Origin: an uncultured Clostridia bacterium
GTDB taxonomy: Bacteria > Bacillota > Clostridia > Christensenellales > UBA1242
Assembly (NCBI GenBank): GCA_944362545.1
Contig: CALVTJ010000004.1
Location: forward strand, 68,494-132,493
DNA length: 64,000 bases
Direction: 5' to 3'
Part shown: in pieces, positions 8,883 to 16,501 of the stretch
Layout of the letters: each line of letters starts with the position of its first letter
How positions within the stretch are numbered: the first letter of the stretch is position 1
Program-made: the position numbers and the translations under genes
The notes under the pieces: generated by a model
Told to the model about the DNA's origin: nothing
The model's input: only the letters and a program-made list of their open reading frames with translations
Databases searched by the model: none

Positions 8883-9881
8883 ATGGAAGAAACAAAAAAA
8901 TATGCCTATCTTTCACAGGCACTCAAAGACAACGGGCTCAAAGACATCCAACAAGCAAAAGATTTTTGCAAAAGTTATGGCATTGATGTGGAAAAGATTG
9001 TGCGCGATATCCAACCTATCTGCTTTGACAATGCTGTTGATGCCTATGCACTCGGGACTTCTATTGCCCTGAAATCAAACTGCAAAAACGCCAGCGAATA
9101 TGCTGAAAAAATCGGCGAAGGACTGCAAGCATTTTGTGTGAAAGGGTCGGTGGCTGATGAACGCAAAATTGGACTCGGTCACGGCAGACTTGCCGGTAGA
9201 CTTTTGGATGAGCACACCAAATGTTTCTGCTTTTTGGCGGGACATGAAAGTTTTGCTGCTGCAGAAGGAGCGATGGGCATTGCAAACACGGCAAACAAAA
9301 TCAGAAAAACTCCGCTCAAAATCATTCTGAACGGACTTGGAAAAGATGCTGCTTACATCATCGCCCGCGTGAACGGCTTCACATATGTCAACACCTACTT
9401 TGACCATAAGGAACAAAAACTCAACATCCTTGGCGAAATTGCTTTTGGCAGTGGCGAACGCGGAAAAGTGAAAATTTATGGGGCTTACGATGTCTCCGAA
9501 GGTGTGGAAATAATGAAATATGAGAGTGTGGATGTTTCCATAACAGGCAATTCCACAAACCCAACCCGCTTCCAGCACCCTGTGGCTGGCACTTACAAAA
9601 AGTGGTGCGTGGACAATGACAAAAAGTATTTTTCTGTCGCTTCCGGTGGTGGAACAGGCAGAACACTTCACCCAGACAACATGCGCTGTGGCCCTGCAAG
9701 TTATGGCATGACAGACACTATGGGCAGAATGCACTGTGATGCACAGTTTGCGGGCAGTTCTTCAGTGCCTGCTCATGTGGCAATGATGGGCTTTATTGGC
9801 ATGGGCAACAACCCGATGGTTGGTGCAACCGTTTCACTTGCTGTTGCAGTTTCTCTCGCCAAAAAGAAAAAGAAGAAATAG
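8883..9881 (+). CDS. GGGtGRT-family protein (unknown function)
   Basis: 332 aa carrying the family-name motif exactly (SVASGGGTGRTLHPDN). Starts 2 nt after the upstream gene and ends in a KKKKKK tail. Confidence 0.75.
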   Translation: MEETKKYAYLSQALKDNGLKDIQQAKDFCKSYGIDVEKIVRDIQPICFDNAVDAYALGTSIALKSNCKNASEYAEKIGEGLQAFCVKGSVADERKIGLGHGRLAGRLLDEHTKCFCFLAGHESFAAAEGAMGIANTANKIRKTPLKIILNGLGKDAAYIIARVNGFTYVNTYFDHKEQKLNILGEIAFGSGERGKVKIYGAYDVSEGVEIMKYESVDVSITGNSTNPTRFQHPVAGTYKKWCVDNDKKYFSVASGGGTGRTLHPDNMRCGPASYGMTDTMGRMHCDAQFAGSSSVPAHVAMMGFIGMGNNPMVGATVSLAVAVSLAKKKKKK

Positions 9882-10015
9882 CCTTTCTTTCTTATTTTTC
9901 CAAAATTTTTTAAATTCTTTAAAATTTGACTTTTTCAAAATTATTACTGCAAAATTTTGTGCAGACTTTGTATAAGTTTTTCATTTTTGCTTACCTTAAA
10001 TATGGGGAGGTTAAA

Positions 10016-10174
10016 ATGAATCAAAAATACAGACCTGGCGAACAAGTTCCAGAATCTGGAGAATATGTCGCCTACGACCGTGATGGCAATAATGGCGGAA
10101 GCACTCACCTTGAAAAAGGCGAAAGATTTCCTGCCACTCAACACGAGGGAAGTTATTACATGATGGAAGAATAA
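10016..10174 (+). CDS. YjzC-like small protein
   Basis: 52 aa. YRPGEQVPESGEYVAYD..LEKGERFPATQHEG resembles the YjzC family pattern. Start trimmed to ATG 10016 after GGGGAGG. Confidence 0.6.
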   Translation: MNQKYRPGEQVPESGEYVAYDRDGNNGGSTHLEKGERFPATQHEGSYYMMEE

Positions 10175-10229
10175 TTCATCACAAAAAAAGATAGGTGTAT
10201 GCCTACCTTTTTTTTATAATTGAAAAATC

Positions 10230-11045
10230 TTACATCTCTCTTTCAATTTCTTCATTAGAATATTTACGGAATGAAACGCCCATCTTTTCCATTTCCCTTT
10301 TTGTAATACCATAAAGGTCATCATCATAAAGTGTGGCAAGCACACGAGAATCTTTCAAAGCACATTCAAGCACAAAATCTTTGTCCTTTTTCAAACTCTT
10401 GTCTGCAAAACCAAAACAAAGGCCATCACCTTCCACAGACTTGAGCACAATGTCCTTGTCAGACTTGATTTTATCGCTTGCATACATCAAAAGATAAGGA
10501 TTTATTTCTACAGCCTTTGACATAAAATCCTTGTCATTCGCAAGTTTCTTTCTAGCCTTCTTTTTAAGGTCATCAAAAGCAAAATTCTTGTCCACTAATT
10601 GCAAAACTATATCCGCATCTTTTTGGACTTGTTTCCCAATTATCCTATATGCACCCTTATGCTTTGCAACCGCAAGCATGGCAATTTGTTTATCATTTTT
10701 AAGTCGCTTGCTAGCAAACATAATGCTCAAACCATTGTCTTTTATAGCTGTTTTAACAACCTTCCTGTTGTCTTTCAAGCGATCACTGGCATATTCGAGG
10801 GCATATCCATTTGATTTAACCGCCCTCATCACAATGTCTTTGTCATCGCGCAAATGCTTACTGGCAAATTCAAGTGCAAGTCCATCTTCTTTAACCGCTT
10901 CAAACACAATCTCTTTGTCATTCTGAAAGCGCTTATTGGCATATTGCAAAAGTTCTCCTTTTTTTAAAACGGCAAATAGAGTTCTTTCTCTATCATTTCT
11001 CATTTTTTTGATAATTTTCTTCTCTTTTCTTTCTCGTTTGAACAT
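10230..11045 (-). CDS. DUF4116 repeat protein
   Basis: At least 6 tandem repeats of about 30 aa of the type DKDIVMRAVKSNGYALEYASDRLKDNRKVV. Start trimmed to ATG 11045 after GGGAGA. Confidence 0.8.
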   Translation of the reverse strand: MFKRERKEKKIIKKMRNDRERTLFAVLKKGELLQYANKRFQNDKEIVFEAVKEDGLALEFASKHLRDDKDIVMRAVKSNGYALEYASDRLKDNRKVVKTAIKDNGLSIMFASKRLKNDKQIAMLAVAKHKGAYRIIGKQVQKDADIVLQLVDKNFAFDDLKKKARKKLANDKDFMSKAVEINPYLLMYASDKIKSDKDIVLKSVEGDGLCFGFADKSLKKDKDFVLECALKDSRVLATLYDDDLYGITKREMEKMGVSFRKYSNEEIEREM

Positions 11046-11074
11046 AAAAATTTGTCTCCCATTCAGTGCCCCAA

Positions 11075-11103
11075 ATTTTATCACGAAACCGCCAAATTGT
11101 CAA
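11075..11103 (-). promoter_or_regulatory. Sigma-A promoter of the DUF4116 gene
   Basis: Minus strand: TTGACA (11098-11103), 17-nt spacer, TAAAAT (11075-11080). A second TTGACT lies 15 nt upstream, within the direct repeat CAAATTGT(C/A)AAT. Confidence 0.55.
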
Positions 11104-11131
11104 TAGTCAAATTGTAAATCTTTGCCAAATT

Positions 11132-11165
11132 AAAAATAGTGAGAATATCTTTTCTCACTATTTTT
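11132..11165 (-). terminator. Intrinsic (bidirectional-looking) terminator after the ttcA-like gene
   Basis: AAAAATAGTGAGAA / TTCTCACTATTTTT perfect inverted repeat with A and T arms. Confidence 0.75.
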
Positions 11166-11221
11166 GCAAAGGCAAGAACAGCACAATCAATCACCCTTCA
11201 ATTTCTCTTCTCATGTACTTT

Positions 11222-12067
11222 TTAGTTTTTCTCTTCCTGCTCATAAATCTCATTAAAGTCAAAGGTTTTGCCGTGATATTTCAGCCCAACCATCGTATCA
11301 ACGTTGACATTGTGTATACTCTTGAAAATATGATTTTCCACTTCTGGTATCTTCTTTTTCAACTCTTTAACAAGTTTTTTCATCTCCAACCTTGCCGATG
11401 GGGAAATTTCTTCGTTTGAAAGATTCTCCGTAAACCTGCACGCACATTGCAAAAATGTCAAATTATTATATTTCTTCCATGCCAAAATATCATCTTCGCT
11501 CACGCAATAAAGTGGTCGGATAAGTTCCATTCCGGCAAAGTTTGTCGAGCGAAGTTTTGGTGGCATTGCCTGAATTTGCGCGCCATAGAGCATGCCCATG
11601 AGGGTGGTTTCAATCACATCGTTGAAGTGATGAGCAAGCGCAATTTTGTTGCAACCGTGTTTTTGTGCTTCGCTGTAAAGATATCCTCTTCGCATCCTTG
11701 CACAAAGATAGCATGGCGATTTTTCAATGTTTGCCACGCTGTCAAAAATTTGAGTTTCAAAGATGTCAAGTGGAATTTCCAACAATTTGGCATTGTCTTC
11801 AATCTGTTTTCGATTTGCTCTGTTATAACCAGGGTCCATGCACAAAAAGATTAAATCAAAATTCACATCACTTATTCTTTTGAGCATTTGCATAAGTTTT
11901 GCAAGCAACATAGAATCCTTTCCGCCCGACACACAAACAGCAATCTTGTCGCCTTCCTGCACAAGATTATATCTTTTGAGTGCCAAAATAAATTTCGTCC
12001 AAATACCTTTGCGAAATCTTTTGTTTATGCTTCTTTCAATCTCTTGTGCTCTTGTCAATTCTTTCAT
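11222..12067 (-). CDS. PP-loop ATPase, tRNA 2-thiocytidine (TtcA)-like
   Basis: PP-loop VCVSGGKDSMLL and CxxC pairs (CYLCARMRRG, LQCACRF). Start trimmed to ATG 12067 (MKELTRAQE). Confidence 0.75.
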   Translation of the reverse strand: MKELTRAQEIERSINKRFRKGIWTKFILALKRYNLVQEGDKIAVCVSGGKDSMLLAKLMQMLKRISDVNFDLIFLCMDPGYNRANRKQIEDNAKLLEIPLDIFETQIFDSVANIEKSPCYLCARMRRGYLYSEAQKHGCNKIALAHHFNDVIETTLMGMLYGAQIQAMPPKLRSTNFAGMELIRPLYCVSEDDILAWKKYNNLTFLQCACRFTENLSNEEISPSARLEMKKLVKELKKKIPEVENHIFKSIHNVNVDTMVGLKYHGKTFDFNEIYEQEEKN

Positions 12068-12217
12068 GTCACAATCATACAACTTTTCCAATAAAAATTC
12101 AAGTATTAGCAAGCATCCATTAATGATCTTAATTAGATCATAATCTAATTTAATGAAAGTGAAAATAGAATGTTTCAAAGAATTGATTTTTTTTGATAAA
12201 TATAATATAATTAAAAC

Positions 12218-13273
12218 ATGGATAATAATATTATTATGGTCAATGCAAAAAAGAAAATTTTAGGTCAATATTTTACCAAAGATAAAACTTGGTTGAAGCC
12301 ACAAATACTTGATTTTATAAAATCAAGTAATTGTGACACAGTTTATGATCCTTTTGCTGGTGACGGAGATTTATTAAACTCTGCAAAGGAATTGGGTTTT
12401 AAAAATATAGTCGGACTAGATATTGATCCTAACTTAGGCTGGAGAAAAAATGATTCTTTAAAAAAAATACCAACTATAAATCAAAATACAATAATAATAA
12501 CCAATCCGCCATATTTATCAAATTACTCAGCTTCTCGCAAGGGCATTTACGATAGTGTTAAAAAATACTTTGAAAACTCGCAATATGATGACTTATATCT
12601 AATTGCCTTATCAAATATGCTCAATGCACAAAAAAAAGTTGTTGCCATTATTCCAGAATCATTTATCAATTCTAACTTTCGTCATAAAAATCTTTTAGCA
12701 TCTATAACCATTTTAGAAGATAACCCATTTAGTGATACATCAACACCAGTCATCGTCGCTTGTTTTGATGGTGAAAAAAAGAATTTATCAGATATATTGA
12801 TTTATAAAAACGACAAAATTGTTAACAATCTACAGTCAATCAATAATCTACGCTTATTCCCCAAAAACACGGTAAAATTAACATTTAATGATATTAATGG
12901 TTGGTTGGCTGTTAGGTGTGTAGATTCTACTGACCCTAATAACACTTTAAAATTTGACTATAAAAATAACATCTCATATGATTGGAAGAATGGCATTAAA
13001 ATTTCTTCTCGACTTTTTACTCTTATTAATGTCACAGTAGAAAATAATAAACAACAAGAACTTATAAATGAGTGTAATCATATCCTACAAGATTTAAGAG
13101 AAGAAACAGATGATGTAATTTTAAGTCCATTTAAAGGTAATATGAAAAATGGTAAGCGCCGAAGAAGATTGGACTATAAAACTTGCAGAGCAATAATTGA
13201 ACTTGCTTATAAAAAGATAAATAACAAAACAGCCAATGATGGAGGAGAAAATGGACAATTTGGCATACTTTAA
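12218..13273 (+). CDS. Type II N6-adenine DNA methyltransferase (gamma class)
   Basis: Motif X LGQYFT, motif I DPFAGDGDLL and motif IV ITNPPY, in gamma order. Very AT-rich. Confidence 0.8.
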   Translation: MDNNIIMVNAKKKILGQYFTKDKTWLKPQILDFIKSSNCDTVYDPFAGDGDLLNSAKELGFKNIVGLDIDPNLGWRKNDSLKKIPTINQNTIIITNPPYLSNYSASRKGIYDSVKKYFENSQYDDLYLIALSNMLNAQKKVVAIIPESFINSNFRHKNLLASITILEDNPFSDTSTPVIVACFDGEKKNLSDILIYKNDKIVNNLQSINNLRLFPKNTVKLTFNDINGWLAVRCVDSTDPNNTLKFDYKNNISYDWKNGIKISSRLFTLINVTVENNKQQELINECNHILQDLREETDDVILSPFKGNMKNGKRRRRLDYKTCRAIIELAYKKINNKTANDGGENGQFGIL

Positions 13274-14216
13274 TTATTCTAGAGAACATTTAGAAACTTT
13301 AAACGATCATTTTTATGAGAGAAAAATGGTAATTCTACCATCTACTCCTTCAACTGAAAATTTATTAACAAAAAATTTTAAAAGAATGATAGATCTTATA
13401 ACTACATTTAAAGTTTTAGTTAATCAAAATACTGAAGAAAGCAATAAGTTGACCAATTCCATCGTAGACGAAATAATTGATATAATGCTGAAAACACCAA
13501 ATATAAATTATACACCATTCTCACAATTCTTTATGGTTTATAACCACACATATAGCCAATTTAAAAGTTTTGATGAAAATAAAAGAAAAGAATTTATATA
13601 TAATATGCTTATCAAATATTGTCAAGAAAGACACGATTTATATCTTAACCACGGATATACCAATTCAATTCTACAAGTAGTTTGCGACAGTTATTCTCAT
13701 AAAAGAAATAGCAAAACAACAATAAATAAAGTTCTTGCTATTTTAGCGCCATTATCATTAATTCATATCAAAAATATTGCAGATGCTGAATTAGATAACT
13801 ATTATTTTCTCCCAGATAAAGGGAACAAAAAACTATTTGACAATTTTCTAGAAAAATTTAATCTCAAAATGAAGTCAAGGGAAATTGAACATGATAAGTA
13901 TCCTGATATTGTTTTTAAACATAATAAAGAATTTTATATTTGTGAATTAAAAACGATGAAAGGTATTGGCGGTGGTCAATCAAAACAAATTGTTGAAATC
14001 AATAACTTTATCAATTACAGCGAAGAATCTTCTTCCTTCCATTATATTACATTTTTAGATGGAGAATATGCAAATACTATTTTTACTTCAAATATGCATA
14101 AAGTTGCAAGACAACGCGAGGAAATTGAAAAATCTTTAAAAAGAAATCCAAATAATTTTTTCTTAAACACAGCGGGCTTGATTAAGTTGATCAAAGATAT
14201 AACTATTAAAAAATGA
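13251..14216 (+). CDS. Putative type II restriction endonuclease (PD-(D/E)XK)
   Basis: YPDIVFKHNKEFYICELK fits PD..(D/E)XK. Follows and overlaps the methyltransferase. Start set to ATG 13251 after GGAGGAG. Confidence 0.6.
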   Translation: MDNLAYFNYSREHLETLNDHFYERKMVILPSTPSTENLLTKNFKRMIDLITTFKVLVNQNTEESNKLTNSIVDEIIDIMLKTPNINYTPFSQFFMVYNHTYSQFKSFDENKRKEFIYNMLIKYCQERHDLYLNHGYTNSILQVVCDSYSHKRNSKTTINKVLAILAPLSLIHIKNIADAELDNYYFLPDKGNKKLFDNFLEKFNLKMKSREIEHDKYPDIVFKHNKEFYICELKTMKGIGGGQSKQIVEINNFINYSEESSSFHYITFLDGEYANTIFTSNMHKVARQREEIEKSLKRNPNNFFLNTAGLIKLIKDITIKK

Positions 14217-14239
14217 TGGGTATAATCCATCATTTTTTA
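14213..14239 (+). terminator. Intrinsic terminator of the R-M operon
   Basis: ATGATGG (14213-14219) / CCATCAT (14227-14233) followed by a T-run. Confidence 0.7.
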
Positions 14240-14269
14240 TTTCACCCATTAATTAAATTATTGTTTTAA

Positions 14270-14386
14270 TTACAAGTCATCCGCATCCTGCACCGGCGTT
14301 TCAAAGTCCTTATTTGGCGTGCCGGTATAAGAACCTAGCGGGTCATTTTTGCTTTCAAATTTTCTTTTCTTCTTTCTCTTTTTCAT
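14270..14386 (-). CDS. Candidate 38-aa small protein (MKKRKKKRKFESKNDPLGSYTGTPNKDFETPVQDADDL)
   Basis: Below the ORF-track cutoff and found by eye. The segment is clearly more GC-rich than its flanks. No convincing Shine-Dalgarno sequence. Confidence 0.3.
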   Translation of the reverse strand: MKKRKKKRKFESKNDPLGSYTGTPNKDFETPVQDADDL

Positions 14387-14445
14387 GACTTTATAATGTG
14401 CTATGTTTGCAAATTTATACCCATTCACAGCAACCCATTTTGCTT

Positions 14446-15297
14446 TTAATGACCATCAGTGCCATCATTGATATACAAAATTCCCAGCGTGTTCTCCCCA
14501 CAGTGACTGGAAATGGTCGCTCCTGCACGTGTTTCGTAAATAGTCTTAAAACCCCTGTCTTTAAGCGCCTTGCGAGCATATTCCAACATCTGGTCGTTGG
14601 CTGTGGTGTAAGTCAAAAATGCGACATTAAGGTCAGGGTTATTAAATTCTGCCAAAGTGTCTCTGCAATAACTTTGCACCACCTTTTCCATTGTTCCGCG
14701 ATACTTTCTATGCACGCCCATTTTGCCACCCTTCAAGATGATTTGTGGCCGAATACGCATCAAATTGGCTCCAAAATATGCAAGTGCTGAACATCTTCCT
14801 CCTTTATAGAGATATTCCAATCTTTTCAACACAAAACTTGCCTGAACATGAGACACCCTCTCGCTTACCTTTTCAAAAACATTCTTGGCATCAAGTCCTT
14901 TTTCAGCCAATTTTCTGGCATAAATTGCCAAAAGTGCAATGCCGGTTGAAAGCGATTTTGTATCAACAATATAAACATTATTCAGTTCTGCCCCCGCATC
15001 CTTGGCATTTTGACAAGCACTGCTTATCTCCCCCGACAAGCAAAAGTGTATGACTGCATCATGGTCATTGAGTTGTTCGGTGAAGAAATCTAGATATTGC
15101 TGTTTGTTTATAGCGGAAGTTTTTGGCAAGATGCCATTTTTGTCCACAAATTCAAAAATTTCTGTCGGCGACATCTCTCCATCCTTAAATTCTTTATCCC
15201 CCAAAATTATCATGTAAGGAATGGTCCTTATGTCATATTGTGCCAAAAGTTCTCTTGGCAAATCTATTGTACTTTCTGCGGTTATTGCAATTTTCAT
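14446..15297 (-). CDS. DegV-family fatty-acid-binding protein
   Basis: 283 aa. MKIAITAESTIDLPRELLAQYDI..., with typical DegV length and N-terminus. Confidence 0.85.
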   Translation of the reverse strand: MKIAITAESTIDLPRELLAQYDIRTIPYMIILGDKEFKDGEMSPTEIFEFVDKNGILPKTSAINKQQYLDFFTEQLNDHDAVIHFCLSGEISSACQNAKDAGAELNNVYIVDTKSLSTGIALLAIYARKLAEKGLDAKNVFEKVSERVSHVQASFVLKRLEYLYKGGRCSALAYFGANLMRIRPQIILKGGKMGVHRKYRGTMEKVVQSYCRDTLAEFNNPDLNVAFLTYTTANDQMLEYARKALKDRGFKTIYETRAGATISSHCGENTLGILYINDGTDGH

Positions 15298-15391
15298 AAA
15301 ATCTAAAATCCTCCATAATTTATTTTACTATATTTTCGAACAATTACAAAACAAATTTCTCAACAAAATGCAAAAACAAAACGCCATTTGG

Positions 15392-15420
15392 TTGACTACA
15401 AAATTTTTTAATGCTAAACT
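15392..15420 (+). promoter_or_regulatory. Candidate sigma-A promoter
   Basis: TTGACT (15392-15397), 17-nt spacer, TAAACT (15415-15420), upstream of the 15447 gene. Confidence 0.45.
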
Positions 15421-15446
15421 CAGTTTATAAGAAAAAGGAGGATTTT

Positions 15447-16445
15447 ATGAGCAAGGCACAAAAAATAACTGCCATTGTGATGGCTTGTGTGTTTGCAGTT
15501 TTGGGCATTTTTGTGATTTTTTGGTATTTTGGCACAAGTTATGGAGATTTTTATAAATATACCAAAAGAGAATTTGCCATTCCGGGACTTGACACATCAT
15601 TCACTCCACAGGGCTTGACACATGATGAACAGGAGAATTTGTTTTTTGTTTCCGGTTATATGAGTGATGGTTCAGGTTCAAGAATTTATGTCATTGATGG
15701 CAGAACGCAAGCGACAGTCAAATTTGTCACCCTGATAAATGAAGATAGAACAGTCTACACCGGTCACGCCGGCGGAATTGCCACAGATGATGAAAACATA
15801 TGGATAGCAGGAGAAGGCACAGTCAATCGCATTTCTGCCGAACAACTTCTGCAAGCAGAAAGTGGCGATGCTGTTCAAATCACCGACTCGTTCGAATCCA
15901 ACAATGGAGCCGACTTTTTGACTGTTGACCGACAAAACAACAGACTTTGGGTTGGCGAATTTCAAAGGGACGGAAATTATGACACTGATGAAAGCCACTT
16001 CATTGAAACTTCAGATGGCACAACAAACAAAGCATTGAGTTTTTGTTATGACATTGCCACAGAAAATCCGGAAGCCACTTGTGGACTTGAATCTTTGACA
16101 CCTGTTATGGCTCTGTCAACACCTTCACTTGTGCAAGGAATGGTCATTGCCGAAGACAGACTTGTGCTCTCAACATCCTATTCTCTTCCTGATTCACATA
16201 TCTACATCTACACAAATGTTTTAAACTATGCCACCGAAGACACATTTGCTCTTGACACCGACACAAACATTCCACTTTTTGTGCTGGATGGCACGGACCT
16301 CCTGAAAGATTTGATTGCTCCAAGCATGAGCGAAGAAATTGAATATGTAAACGGCAGAGTTTTCATCCTGTTTGAAAGTGCCTGCCAAAAATATGGTGCA
16401 GTCACACGCGAACCCCTTCGCAATGTTTACAGTTTTGCTCTATAA
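15447..16445 (+). CDS. Membrane-anchored extracellular protein, unknown function (beta-rich)
   Basis: AGGAGG RBS. N-terminal TM helix (ITAIVMACVFAVLGIFVIFWYF) followed by about 300 aa of beta-rich sequence. No family recognised. Confidence 0.6.
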   Translation: MSKAQKITAIVMACVFAVLGIFVIFWYFGTSYGDFYKYTKREFAIPGLDTSFTPQGLTHDEQENLFFVSGYMSDGSGSRIYVIDGRTQATVKFVTLINEDRTVYTGHAGGIATDDENIWIAGEGTVNRISAEQLLQAESGDAVQITDSFESNNGADFLTVDRQNNRLWVGEFQRDGNYDTDESHFIETSDGTTNKALSFCYDIATENPEATCGLESLTPVMALSTPSLVQGMVIAEDRLVLSTSYSLPDSHIYIYTNVLNYATEDTFALDTDTNIPLFVLDGTDLLKDLIAPSMSEEIEYVNGRVFILFESACQKYGAVTREPLRNVYSFAL

Positions 16446-16446
16446 A

Positions 16447-16485
16447 CAAAAGAATGGTGTAAAAATTACACCATTCTTTTTTTTC
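16447..16485. terminator. Bidirectional intrinsic terminator between convergent genes
   Basis: AGAATGGTGTA (16451-16461) / TACACCATTCT (16467-16477), perfect 11-bp stem, flanked by an A-run and a T-run. Confidence 0.85.
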
Positions 16486-16501
16486 TAAAATTTGCAGGAA
16501 T

